64,000 nt of DNA, from NCBI RefSeq assembly GCF_963921235.1, contig NC_086101.1, positions 1,364,001 through 1,428,000 of the forward strand, given 5' to 3'. The position numbers and the translations under genes were made by a program. Source of the DNA: Mobula hypostoma. Taxonomy: Eukaryota. The notes beneath the pieces are model-generated. The model had not been told where the DNA came from. It ran no database searches and saw only the letters and a program-made list of their open reading frames with translations. This document shows positions 46,420 to 59,567 of this stretch, one piece after another. Each line of letters opens with the position of its first letter. Positions within the stretch are counted from its first letter, which is position 1.

Positions 46420-46929
46420 CTGCAAGAAAGGAGTAGTAGAGTTTAGATGGCTGGCAGTCACATACTCTTGTTTCGTCTTGGTCCACAGAAATGGTCTAAT
46501 TCCCAAGGTCACCATTTCCTCCCCCGGCCACCAGTTCACCAGTTATCCAGTTTGTTCTGGCGACTAGTTGACCCAGTCACCAGTTCCCCAATTCGTCGCA
46601 GTGACCAGTTCACTCCCCAGTCACCAGTTCTCCCGGCACCAGTTGACCATTTAAACAAGAGGTTCTGCAGACACTGGAAATCTGGAGCAATACACACAAA
46701 ACACTGATTTGACTCTGCAGGTTAGGCATCACCTATGAATTCTGATGAAGGGTGTCAGCCTGAAGCAGTCTCTGTTTATTTCCCTCCATGGATGCTGCCT
46801 GACCTGCTGAGTACCTTCAGAATATGATGAGTATTCTACAACTGCAGTTCTCAAGGTCACCGGTTTCCCTTGCCCACCAATATCCTCACCAAATCCCTTG
46901 AACCCACAAATTCTCTCTGGTACACTTAA

Positions 46930-49900
46930 GACTATAAGACATAGATCCCATTCACCCCCATACACCTGCCTTCTCACCATATCCTTTGATGCCCTGAGCG
47001 ATCAGGAAACGATCAACTTCTTCCTCAAATATGGTCATGGACTTGGCCTCCACCACAGTCTGTACCAGAGCATTCCACAAACTTGATACTCTCTGGCCAA
47101 AAGAATGCCTCCTTACCTCTGTTCTAAAGGGTCGCCCGTAAATTCTGAGGCTGTGCTCTCTTCTTCTGCATACCCTGACCATAGGAAACATCCTCTCCAC
47201 CTCCACCCTATCTAGACCTTTTAACATTTGGTAGGTTTCAATGAGATCCCCCCACATTCTTCTAAATTCCAGTGAGTACAGGCCCAAAGCCGCCAAACAC
47301 TCCTCTTCATTCCTGGAATCAACCTCGTGAACTATCTCCATTGACAGCACATTCTTTTTGAGATAAGGGGCCCAAAACTGTTGACAATACTCCAAGTGTA
47401 GCCTGACTAGTGTCTTATAAAGCTTCAGCATTATTTCATTGTTTTTATATTCTATTCCCCATGAAATAGATGCCAACATTGCATTTGCCTTCTTTACCAC
47501 AGACTCAACCTGTAAATTAACCTTCTGGGAGTCTTGTATGAAGACTCCTAAGTCCCTCTGCACCTTTGGTGTTTGAACCTTCTCCCCATTTAGATAATAG
47601 TCCCAATTATTGTTCATCGTACATTTCCAAACATTGCCACTTTTTTGCCCATTCTTCCAATTTGTCTCAGTCCTGCTACAATTGCTTTGCTTCCCTAGCA
47701 CCACCTACCCCTCCACCTATCTCGTATCATCCGCAAACTTTGCTACAAAGCATTAATTCCACTATCTAAGTCATTGACAAACAATGTGAAAAGCAGCGGT
47801 CCCCCTAAGGGGCACCACTAGTCACTCCCTTATGCTCTGTTAATTGATAAAAATATAGTAGCTCTCATATGATTCTTTACAGTTTGATTTGTCAATCAGT
47901 AAATTTTTATTGAGCTCAAGTTTGCCTCACCCCACCTATTGATTCTATTGGTTTTCTACTGATCTAACTCCAGCTAATCAATATGGCTATTCTTTACCAG
48001 ATTTAAATCCCTCAACCCTTCGTTCCTCTAATGATCTCTCCTACACCATCTTTAAGGTCAAAGAATGTCTAGAGATTCACAACTCTCTGAGAAATATCTA
48101 CATAGAGTCAAAAGGTGTTGAGTCATTGTGGGTAGAGCTAAGAAACTGCAAGTGAAAAAGGACCCGACTGGGAGTTACTCAAACAGTAGTAAGAATGTAG
48201 TCAACAAACTAAAACAATGGGAGATTGAAATGTATGCCAAATGTTGCAATAGTCATGGGGGAGTTCAATGTACAAGTTAATTGGGTTGCAGTTCGATCCC
48301 AAGAAGGAGAATTTCTAGAATGTCTACAAGAAGGCTTTTTAGAGCTAGAGTTCATTAGAGAGCTTAAGGTAAAATAACTCTTAGGGACATGTGATCATAA
48401 TTTGATCGCATTCACCCTGAAATTTGAGATACAGGAGCAAACGTTAGGTGTATCTGTGGATTAAAGGGAATTACAGAGGTATGATAAAGGAGTTAGCCAA
48501 AATTCATTGGGAAAGAACACTGGCAGGAATGACAGCAGAGCAACAATGGCTGGAATTTCAGGAAGCCATGAGGGAGGCACTAGATATATACTGTACATCC
48601 TGAAGAGGAAGAAGTATTCTGAAAGCAAGATGACACAATCGTGGCTAACAAGATAAGTCAAAGCCAACAGTAAAGCAAAAGAGAGGGCATATAATACAGC
48701 AAAAATTAGTGGGAAGTTGGAGGATTGGGAAGCTTTTAAAAACTAATCAAAGGCAACTAAAAAAGTCATTAAGGAAAGAAAGATGGAATACGAAAGTAAG
48801 CTAAAGGGGATACGAAAGTTTCTTCAGATACATAAAGTGTAAAAGAGAGATGAGTGGACTCCTTTCCATAGCTGTTGCCAGGCCTTCTGAGTTCCTCCAG
48901 CATTTTGTGTGTGTTGCTTGGACTTCTAGCATCTGCAGATTTTCTCTTGTTAGTGATTGGACTAGCTGAGTAAGAATTTTGCATCAGTCTTCACTGTGGA
49001 AGATACTGGCAGTATGGCAGATGTTCCAGAGTGTCTGGAGTCAAACATATGTGCAGTTGCCATTATTAGGGAGAAGGTTCTAGGAAAGCTAAAAGGTTTG
49101 AAGGTGGAGACGTCACCTGGACCAGATGGTGTACACCCCACGTTTCTGAAAGAGGTGGCTGAAGTGAATGTGGAGGCATTAGCAATGATTGTACAAGAAT
49201 CAATTGAATCTGGAATAGTTCCAGAAAACTGGAAAAATGTAAATAGCACTCTTCAAGAACAGAGAGAGGCAGAAAAAAGGAAATTATAGGCCGGTTAGTC
49301 AGACCTCAATGGTTGGGAAAATATTGGAGTTAATTGTTAAGGATATGGTTTCAGGGTACTTCAAAGATTCAAAGTACACTTGTTATCAAAGCAAGAAACC
49401 TGAAAGAACCCAATTTAAAAAAATGAATACAAAAATACAAGACCAACACTGGATGCGCAAGAAAAAGAAAAAAAACACAAATTATGCAAGCAATCCAAAC
49501 CAAATATTGAGTCCTTAGATCCAAACCAGATCCGTGGCAGGGCATCGAGGATCGAGGAGCAGCTCCTTCGACACAGTATTAAAGAAACTGGAGCAGCATC
49601 TCAGTGATGTTTGACTTGGTATGTAAGTGAGGCACTGATAGACAGGAGCTGCAGGGTGGTAGTCACCCCAAAGCTACAGGAGACAGATAAATGGGTGACT
49701 GTCAGGAGGTGAAAGGGAGAACGTCAGATTGTAGGGAGCACACCTGAGACCGTCCCCCTCAACAATAAGCACTCCATTCTGAGAACTGCTGGGGGCGTTG
49801 GAATCTACCTGGTGGAAACAACAGCGGCCATGCTTCTGGCCCTGAGTCTGGCCCTGTGGCTCAGAAGAGTAGGAAACAGAAGAGGATGGCAGCAGTAATA

Positions 49901-52340
49901 GGGGACTCTATAGTTAGGAGGACAGATAGGCAATTCTGTTAATGCAAAAGGAAACACAGATGGCAGTTTGCCTTCTAGGTGCCAGGGTCCAAGATGTTTC
50001 TGGACAGTATCCTGTAAAGGCAGGGTGAGCTGCCAGTAGTTGTGTACATATTGGTACCAACAACACAGGAAGAAAAGGGGAGGAGATCCTGAAAAAAAGG
50101 ATACAGAGAGTTAGGAAGGAAGCTGAGAAGCAGGACCTCAAAGGTAGCAATCTCAGGATTGCTGCCTGTGCCATGCGACAGTGAGGCTAGGAATAGAATA
50201 AGGTGGCAGATAAATGCATGGCTAAAGAATTAGAGTGGGGGCAGGAATTCAGATTTCTGGATAATTGGGATCTCTTCTGGCGCAGTTGGGACCTATTCAA
50301 CCTGGATTGGTTGCACGTGAATCCGAGGGGGACCAATATTCTTGCGGGCAGACTTACTAGAGCAGTCGGGAGTAGTTTAAACCAATATGGCAGGGGGATG
50401 GGAATCAGTATGATAGAGCTGAGGATGAGACAGCAGGTTTACAAGCAGAGGATGCATGTAACATGAATGTAAGGAAGGACAAGCCCATGATTGGGCAGAA
50501 ATGCAGACAGAGCTAAGAATTAAATTGTACCACAGGAACAAAATTCAAAAGGGCAAAGAATGCAGGATGGAAGGAGCTGTATTTAATTGAGCGTAGCATT
50601 CGGAGTAAGGCGGATGAACACTTGGCGTGATTAGAGATTGGTCAGTGTGACATTGTGGGCATCACTGAATCATGGCTGAAAGAAGGCCATAGTTAGGAGC
50701 TTAACATGCATAGATGGTGGTGTGGCTCTGTTGGTAAGTGATAGAATTACATCTGTAGAAAGAGGTGACATTGGGTCAGAGAATGTTGAGTCTTTGTAGG
50801 TACAGTTAGAAACTGCAAGGGAATAAAAACCAACATTGGAATCATATATAGGCTTCCAAATAGTAGCCAAGATGTGAGGTTGAGATTGTCGAGGGAACTG
50901 GAAAAGGCATGTAATAAGTGAAATGACACAATTGTAAAGGGGGATTTCAATATGCAAGGAGATTGGGAGAATCAGGTTGGTGGGGAAATTTGTTGAATGC
51001 CTAAGGGATGGCTTCTTAGAGCAGTTTGTGCTTAACCCACCTGGGGAAAGGCTATCTTGGATTCAGTGTTGTGTAATAACCCAGATCTTATTAGGGAGCT
51101 GATCATAAATGAACCCTCAGGAGGCAGTGATCATAAAATGATTGAATTCATACTGCAATTTGAGAGGGAGAAGCATAAATCACACACATCAGTATTGCAA
51201 TGGAATAAAGGGAATTACAGAGGCATGAGAAAGGAGCTTGCCCAGGTGGATTGCAGGGGGACACTGGCAGGGATGATGGCAGAGCAGAGGTAGCTGAAGT
51301 TTCTGGTGCAGGATAGATATGTCCTACAAAGGAAAAAATTTTCAAATGGCAGGGGTCGGCAACCATGGCTGATTAAAGAAGTAAGGACTGCATAAAAGCC
51401 AAGGAAAGGACAGAAAGTTAGCAAAAGTGAGTGGGAAGTTGGATGATTGGGAAGCTTTTAAAATCCAACAAAAGGCAACTGAAAAAGCTATAAGATAGGA
51501 AAACATGAAATTTGATGGCAGACAAGCCATTAATATAAAGGAGGATACCAAAAGATCTTTCGGTTATACAAAGAGAAAAAGGGAGGTGAGAGTTGATCTT
51601 GGACTACTAGAAAATGATGCTGTGAGGTAGTAATGGGGGAGAAAGAAATGGCAGTTAAACCCTTTCTTTAGAAAGGATATACTGACATTGGAGAGGGTTC
51701 AGAGAAGATTCACGAGAATGATTCCAGGAATGAAAGGGTTACCGTATGAGGGGAACGTCTGGCAGCTCCTGGGCTGTATTCCCTGGAGTTCAGGAGAATG
51801 AGGGGGGATCTCATAGAAACATTCCGAATGTTACAAGGCCTGAACAGATTAGATATAGCAAAGTTATTTCTCATGGTAGGGGATTCTAGAACAAGAGGGC
51901 ACGACTTCAGGATTGAAGGATGTCATTTTAGAACTGAGATGCAGAGAAATTACTTTAGTCAGAGGGTGGTAAATCTGTGGAATTTGTTGCCATGACCGGC
52001 TGTGGAAGCCAAGTCATTGGGTGTATTTAAGGCAGAGATAGATAGGTTCTTGATTAGCCAGGGCATCAAAGGGAGTGAGGATAACTGGAAGAATTGGATC
52101 AGCCCATGATCGAATGGCGGAGCAGACTTGATGGCTGAATGGCCTACTTCTGCTCCTAAATCTTATGATCTAATGGGTACGATACATCTGTCTTCACGGT
52201 GGATGACACTAGCAGTGTGCCAGAGCTCCATGAGTGTCAGAGAGCAGGAGTGAGTGCCGTTTCTATTACCAAGGAAAAAATGTGAGAGAAACTCAAAGGT
52301 CTTAAGATGGATAAGTCCCCTGGCCAGATGTTTTGCTGAA
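46930..52340. mobile_element. Nested degenerate CR1 fragments (minus 46930-47830; plus 48110-52340, including ORF1 at about 49600-50400) with small Penelope/Rex remnants
   Basis: CR1 motifs LEYCQQFWAP, SPGPDGVHP, GDSIVR, GGSDHKMIEF, RTRGHDFRI. Confidence 0.75.
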
Positions 52341-53050
52341 GAGACAATGGATGCATTAAAAGCTCATGTACAAAATCACGAAGAGTAGTGGGAGACTGGA
52401 GGATTGGGAAAACTTTAAAAACCAACAGAGAACAACTAAACAAGAAATAAGGAAAGGGAAGATAGAGTATGAAAGTAAATTAGCATAAAATATAAAAACA
52501 GATAGCAAAAGTTTTTATAAATATATAAAGCGGAAGAGGGTGGCTAAAGTCAACGTAGGTCCCTTGGAAGACGACAAGGGGAAATTGATATTGGGTGATA
52601 AGGAAATGGCTGAGGCATTGAACGACTATTTTGTGTCGGTCTTCATGGTGGAGGACACGTCTAATATGTCAAAGAAGGATGTTATGGATGAAATGGGAGG
52701 TGAGGACCTCGATAAAATCACAGTCACTAAAGAGATAGTGATGAACAAACTAGGGGGCCTGAAGGTAGATAAGTCCCCTGGTCCTGATGGGATGCATCCC
52801 AGGGTGCTGAAGATATTGGCGGAGGTTACAGTAGATGCGTTTGTAATCATTTATCAAAACTCTCAAGACTCTGGGCAGGTCCTGGCACATTGGAAGACAG
52901 TAAATGTCACACCACTTTTTAAAAAATGATGTAGGCAAAAGATGGGCAACTATAGGCCAGTTAGCTTAACATCTGTAGTCAGGAAAATCCCTGAAGCTGT
53001 CATTAAGTATGAAATAATGAAACATTTAGAAAGGAGTGGTTCCATTAGAC

Positions 53051-54031
53051 CAGCGGTCCCCAACCACCGGGCCGCGGACCGGTGCCGGGCCGCAGAGCAT
53101 GCCCTACTGGGCCGCAAGGAAACGATTGATTTGGCGATAGGAGTCAGCCGCACCTTTCCTCGTTTCCTGTCACGCCCATTGTGGAGCTTGAACGCACGCG
53201 AGGTCATTATCACGCGTCATTCCTGTCAGCACAGAAAGGAGATCAACTGCTCGAGCTTGCAAATGACAGTGGGCTGAAAAGTATGTTCAACATAACATCT
53301 CTGCTGGCATTCCGGATCAAAGTCAAGTCTAAATATCCTGAGATATTGCGCAATAGACTGGACATAGGGAACCCCTTTCGAGTATTGCTATCTCCCATCA
53401 CCCCCTGATGGGACCGTCTTGTTGCAGGAAAACAAGCCCAGGGCTCCCACTGATTCAGCGATATTGGTGTGTTGCAATGATGTTACATGTTCATACAGGA
53501 AAATATATGCACTCAGCCCATAACCCTCCATTCCTTTCCTGTCCATATACCTATCCAATTTTTCTTTAAATGATAATATCGAACCTGCCTCTACCACCTC
53601 TACTGGAAGTTCGTTCAACACTTACTTCAAGCTCCCCTGTCCTCCCCTGATAACTGACTTATCACTATATCCCTGGGAGGAAAATATGCGCTGTGTGTTT
53701 AATATTAAATTCGTTAGATAAACCCTTTTAGAAACAAAATTGAGTGTATTAGACACTTATAACTGATATTCCGGTCGTGATTAAACCTTCCCCCCCCCAC
53801 AGAATCGCCAAAACGGTTTGCAGGGAAAAAATTGACACCCATGCGCACTGGTGCCCGCGCAAGGCTTCATGGTCATTGTAGTCTTTCTCTGGGTAAACAC
53901 AACGTATTTGACTGCTACTCTTGTCCGTTGGCAGCCCTACCCCCCCACCCCCCGCCCCAGGTCGGCCGGTCCGCAAGAATATTGTCAATATGAAACCGGT
54001 CCGCAATGCAAAAAAAGGTTGGGGACCCCTG
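53051..54031 (+). mobile_element. Non-autonomous hAT (Charlie/Buster-type) element
   Basis: TIRs CAGCGGTCCCCAACC / GGTTGGGGACCCCTG; 8-bp TSD CATTAGAC 53043-53050 / CATTAGGC 54032-54039; transposase remnant QLLELANDSGLK...KYPEI. Confidence 0.9.
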
Positions 54032-54717
54032 CATTAGGCAAACGCAGCATGGATTCAGAAAGGGCAGGTCCTGTTTGACAAATTTACTGGAGTTCTTTGA
54101 GGACATAATGAGTGCAGTGGATAGAGGGGAACAGGTGGATGTCTCATACTTGGGATTTCCAGAAGGCGTTTGATAAGATGCCACACAAGAGACTTATAAA
54201 TAAGATACGGATGCATGGAGTCAGAGGAAGTGTATTGGCATGGATAGTGTATTGGTTAACCAATAGAGGCAGAGAGTTGGTATAAATGGGTATTTCTCCG
54301 GTTGGCAGTCTGTGGTGAGTGGGGTGCTGCAGGGGCCGGTGCTGGGCCCACAACTGCTTACCATTTACATTGATGATTTGGAAGAGGGGACTGAGTGTAG
54401 CGTAGCAAAATTTGCTGATGACACTGAACTGAGTGGAAAATCAAATTGTACAGAGGATGTGGAAAGTCTGCAGAGGGTTACGGATAGGTTAAGTGAGTGG
54501 GCCAAGGTCTGGCAGATGGAATACAACATTGGTAAATGCGAGATCATCCACTTTGGAAGGAATAATAGAAAAGCAGATTATTATTTAATGGTGAAAGACT
54601 GCAGTATGCTGTTGTGCAGAGGGACTTGGGAGTGCTTGTGCATGAATCGCAAAAAGTTGGCTTGCAGGTACAACAGGTTATTAAGAAGGCAAACGGAATG
54701 TTGGCCTTCATTGCTAG

Positions 54718-55426
54718 TGTTACGATTTCGTAACGTACCAGCAGCAAGTGATGACAAATTGAGTTGGGTTTTAATATTAAAACCACTGTATTTATTTACA
54801 TCTACTCAAAAATATAGAAAATTAAATAATAAACTACTTTCTTAAACAGAAGTTAACAGCGTTAAGCGTCTATAGCTCCCTTACAGTCAAACTTAGAACC
54901 CATTCTGAAACAAATCTTACTCACGCAGTCTTAAAGTGGCAGTTCAGAGAGTCCCAGTAATTCACGAAATAGGTGAGAGGAGAGACTTGTGGATTCACAG
55001 TGCAGTGACGAGGCGATCACAATGAATCCCAAAGATTCCTCGGCTAGCGAACGAAGAAACGGTTACCGAAGATCCCAGCCGAGGAATACTGTTCCGAAGT
55101 CCACGAAGAGCGATTTCACAAAGTGACTGTAACGAAATCCACACCCATGGATCATACGAAGGACAGACACGTCTCTCGAATGCACAGTGTGCCGCTGATT
55201 AACCCAATCCTTTGGGTATGGGTAAGCATTAGACCTTATCCTTCTCGATCGTGAGCTGTTCCAGGATAGTTCGAAGTCAGCAATCTTCACTCTCTCTCTC
55301 TTTCCTTCAACTCCCTCTCAGCACTATGCCCACATTTCTTTTATACTGTCAGCATATGTCATAAGGTAACGCTCACAGAAACAAAACTATGGACTCCCAG
55401 GAAAACAAAACTGTGGACACGTAACA
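54718..55426 (-). repeat. Solo Gypsy LTR (709 bp)
   Basis: TGTTACG...CGTAACA; 4-bp TSD CTAG at 54714-54717 and 55427-55430; AATAAA on the minus strand near 54790. Confidence 0.92.
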
Positions 55427-57154
55427 CTAGAGGGATTGAAATTAAGAGCAGGGAGATCATGCTGCAACTAAACAGGGTACTGGTGAGGCCGCACCTGGAG
55501 TACTGTGTGCAGTTCTGGTCTCCATACTTGAGGAAGGATATACTGGCTTTGGAATCAGTGCAGAGGAAGTTCACCAGGTTGATTCCAGGGCTGAAGGGGT
55601 TAACCTATGAGGAGAGATTGAGTCGCCTGGGTCTATACTCTCTGGAGTTCAGAAGAATGAGAGGGGATCTTATAGAAACATACAAAATTTTGAAAGGGAT
55701 AGATAAGATAGAAGTAGGACAGTTGTTTCATTGGTAGGTGAGACTAGAACTACAGGACATTGCCTCAAGAATCAGGGGAGAAGATTTAGGATGGAGATGA
55801 GAACAAACTGTTTTTTCCAGAGTCATGAATCTTTGGAATTCTCTGCCCAGGGAAGCAGTTGAGGCTTCTTCATTAAATATACTTAAGGAACAGTTAGATA
55901 GATTTTTATATAGGAAGAGAATTAAGGATTATGGAGAAAAGACAGGTAAATGGAGCTGAGTTTACAGACTGATCAGCCATGATCTTATTGAATGGTAGGG
56001 CAGGCTCGATGGGCCGGATGGCCTACTCCTGCTCCTATTTCTTATGTTCTTATGCATTGGTCATGATCTGTCAAGAATGACTTGATTCAGACAAATGTCA
56101 CTCCACTCTTTAAGAAGGGAGGAAAGCAAAAGAAAGGAAATTATCAGCCAGCTAGCCTAACCTCAGTGGTTTGGAAAGTGTTGAAGTCTGTTATTAAAGA
56201 TGAGGTACCAAGGTACTTGGAGACAAATGCTAAAATAAGTCAAAGTCAGCATGACTTCTGTAAAGGGAAATCTTGCCTGGAAAATCTGTTAAGAGTTCTT
56301 CGAAGAAGTAACAAGGAAGGTGGACAAAGGAGAGACTATGGACATCATTTATTTAGATTTTCAGAAGGTGTTTGATAAGGTGCCACACATGAGGCTGTTC
56401 AGCAAGATAAAATATTATCACGTTACGGAAAAGATACTAGCATGGATATCGGAATGGCTAACAGGCAGGAGATAGTGATTGGGAATAAAAGGGGCGTTTT
56501 CAGGTTGGCCTCTGGTAATACAAAGATAGGTGGAGAGGCCAAAGCCTTCCCACTCGATCACTGGTATACTTACACATTGGCTGCACCAACAATGGCTACA
56601 CCACTTGAGCTGAACTGCCTTTTATTGACTGCTGTGTTTAGGCTTCAGCTGCCAACACTTACCAGGCCTGTACAGCCCTGAAAGACTGGTCTTGCCGGAA
56701 TCTGCTTCTTTTATCCTCTCTCTCCCAACTTCCACAGGGCTCTAATACCCATACTCACACTACCCGTGCCTGAGTAGCCGAAAAAAGACTGGATTTTCCC
56801 AAGTCTGCTCTTTTTATATTTATACTCCAAACTTCAGTAGGCCTCTGATGCCGACACTGACCATATCTGTAGAACCTTCCAAGATTCTCCTTCACCTTAT
56901 CTGTTAGGCCAACTTCATGCCTTCTTTTAGCCCTCCTGATTTCTTACATACCTGTCCTCTTGCATTTCCTGTACTCCATAAGTACCTCATTTGTCCTCTC
57001 AGCCTATACCTGTGATGCATCTCCTTTTTTATTCCTAACCAGGGCCAAAATACCTCTTGAAAACCAGGGGTCCCTACATTTACAATCTTTACCTTTTATT
57101 CTGACAAGCTTTCTACTCTCAAAATTTCACTTCTGAAGGCCTCCTATTTACCAA

Positions 57155-57630
57155 ATGACCATAACCCTGAATGTCGAGTCTCTTCTGCTCATCAAGGTAT
57201 ATGGCATCTACTTACCCAGCACCAGCAGGTTCACCTACCTGGGCAGCATCATTTGGCAGAATGGTGGGATCAAGGACGATATCCACTGCAGATTAACCAA
57301 AGCTAGAAATGTCTTCAGATCAGTGAGCAACGTACGGGGATCAGCCAAGTAAGCGTCTACACCAAGGTAAAACTGCACCAGAGCTGTGTTCTGTCCATGG
57401 GTCCAAATGCTGATGCATGACAGAGAATGACCTTGCCCAAGATATCATTATTCCAGAACATGGCCCTCCAGAATATCCCCCACATATTCTGGCCAAGAAA
57501 AATCTGCAACCACACCCTACTCCTTCCATGTCATCTAGAGGACACGGCCAAAACCATCACGAAGAAATGTTGGAGATGGTTTGGGCACATGATGAGAAGA
57601 GAGGCCAACTTCATTATCAAAACAGCATTT
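57155..57630 (+). mobile_element. RTE-clade LINE 3' ORF fragment
   Basis: FTYLGSII...DIHCRLTKARNVF and WRWFGHMMRR motifs; frameshifted. Confidence 0.7.
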
Positions 57631-59131
57631 TATGTTTATTCATCAGCAAATTTACTAACCCATCCCTCCACTTCCTCATCCAGGTCATTTACAAACATCA
57701 TGAAGAGTAGGGGTCCCAAAACAGATCCCCGAGGCACACCACTGGTCACGGACCTCCATGCAGAATATGACCCATCTACAACCACTCTTTGCTTTCTGTG
57801 GGCAAGCCAGTTCTGGATCCGCAAAGCAATGTCCCCTTGGATCCCATGCCTCCTTACTTTCTCATTAAGCCTCAATTCTTGGTTCTAAGTGGCCAGCGCT
57901 TATTTGGTAACTCACTTGTTTGAAGTTCTCCCACTGGTGAAAATATCTCAACATCTATCTTGTAAAAGACATTTTAGGTTTAACAAGAATGTTACCAGGA
58001 CTGGAAGACATGGGTTATCAGGAAAGATTGGATCAGCTGGGCCTTTTCTTTCTCTGAAGCATAAGAACGGATTTATAAATCATGAGGGGCATAAATACAG
58101 TTAGTCTTTTTTCCCCAGTGTAAGGGAGTTTAAAACTAGAAGGCTCATGATTAAGCTGAAAGGGAAATGATTTGAAGGGGTAACCTTTTCCACACAGAGG
58201 GCAGTGGCTAAGTGGAACAACTGCCAGAGGAGGTGATAGAGGTAGGTACTCAATAGGTCAAATAGCCTTATTCTACTGCACTGTCTGATGGACATTAACA
58301 TGGCATGTGCTTTGCAAAAGTTTAAAGGATGTGGGCCAAGCACAGATAAATGGTACTAGCTCAAGGATGACTGACATAAATGGCCGACATGTATGTTAAG
58401 TGAAGGGCCTGTTTCTGTGCTGTATAACTATGACTCTATGTAGAATCTTGATTCCTATTAATTAACCATTAATTAATCAATATCAATATATTGCATGTAC
58501 CCTATCTTGTGTTGTCTTTTATAAGGGTTAGGCTTCTAGAAATCCCCATAAGCGACATCTGCAAGCTCCCTTCTATCCACCCTCTCTGTTACATCCTTAA
58601 AGCCTTCCATGAAAATTGTCACGATTCCCTTTCACAAAATCATGCTCACCCTGCTTGATTGGTGATTTTCTAAATACCCCGCTATTAACTACTTAATAAC
58701 AGTTTCCAACGTTTTCTCTACCACTGATGTGAGGCAAAATGTTGGGTCCCAGACACCAAACATGAACACTTCTCTTCCCACTGATAGTGCCCTGACCTAC
58801 TAACCTTAAACACAAAATATTCTGCAGATGCTTTGACCTGCTAGCCTCTTCCCCGGCACTTACTGATTTCATTAGACTCCAATCCTCAGTTTACAATCAA
58901 TTCCTGGCACTTTTCCTCAGATTTCCCTGGCTGACATGAATCAACTGTTCATTTATTTCCATAGATGCTGCCTCAGAGCTGCTGGCTGCCTCCCAACATC
59001 TTGCGTGTGTTAGTTTTGGATTTCCAGCATCTGCAGACTTTCTGGTGTTTATGACAAGACTCGGCCCAGACTGATCACCAGGCTGATTGCGGATGCTCCA
59101 TTTGCTGAACTCAGCCGGACACGGGTCTTAC

Positions 59132-59171
59132 CCAAGCCGGAGCACAGCAGGACGACATCAGCAAACTTCAT
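59132..59171 (-). CDS. Exon 1 (signal peptide MKFADVVLLCSGL-G) of the minus-strand Ig-superfamily gene
   Basis: Kozak GCCAGCATGA, 40 coding nt, phase-1 donor G|GTAAGA at 59131-59126; phase-compatible with both downstream minus-strand exons. Confidence 0.7.
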
Positions 59172-59402
59172 GCTGGCTCCTGCACCGACCGAGGCCGTCC
59201 CCGTCTCCCAGGCAACGCGGCAGGCCCGAGCCCGTTTGTCGGCCGAGGCCCTTGGCGAGAGGCCAAGCCGACGACGACGACAGCGGGACGGACGAAAGCG
59301 GCCCGCGGGGAGCGGGATCAACGAACCCCGAAGCGTGACGCGGTGTGGAGTGCGCCTCCCTCGGGGAGGGGGGTTTCCTTAGAAACGGCTGGAGCCGGCG
59401 GC

Positions 59403-59445
59403 ATGGGGGCGGCCAGCATCCTCACACTCACCTTCATCGGTCAGG
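59403..59445 (+). CDS. Exon 1 (signal peptide MGAASILTLTFIGQ) of the plus-strand Ig-superfamily gene
   Basis: Kozak GGCGGCATGG, 43 coding nt, phase-1 donor G|GTAAGG; splicing to 63246 gives MGAASILTLTFIGQAFA-QNMAE with an A-x-A cleavage motif. Confidence 0.78.
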
Positions 59446-59567
59446 GTAAGGAGCAGCGTCCGGAATTATCACCGGGCTCAGCATGGGGATCTGTCCCGGA
59501 GGTGAGAGTGTGGAGATTCCCAGCCTCATCCACCTCCCCCACTGTCTTCATTCACCAGCTCTCCTGT

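Larger units (their letters stand above)
52345..56045 (+). mobile_element. CR1 ORF2 interrupted by a Charlie-type hAT element and a solo LTR
   Basis: Collinear CR1 pieces 52540-53050, 54040-54717 and 55431-56045 ending in a TTCTTATG tail. Confidence 0.85.
59100..59480. promoter_or_regulatory. CpG island / bidirectional promoter
   Basis: GC- and CpG-rich non-repeat block lying between two divergent first exons. Confidence 0.75.

Noticed and set aside
56640..56875. Imperfect tandem duplication of about 120 bp
   Set aside because: Highly degenerate and adjacent to CR1 debris; probably a LINE UTR remnant, nothing further supportable.
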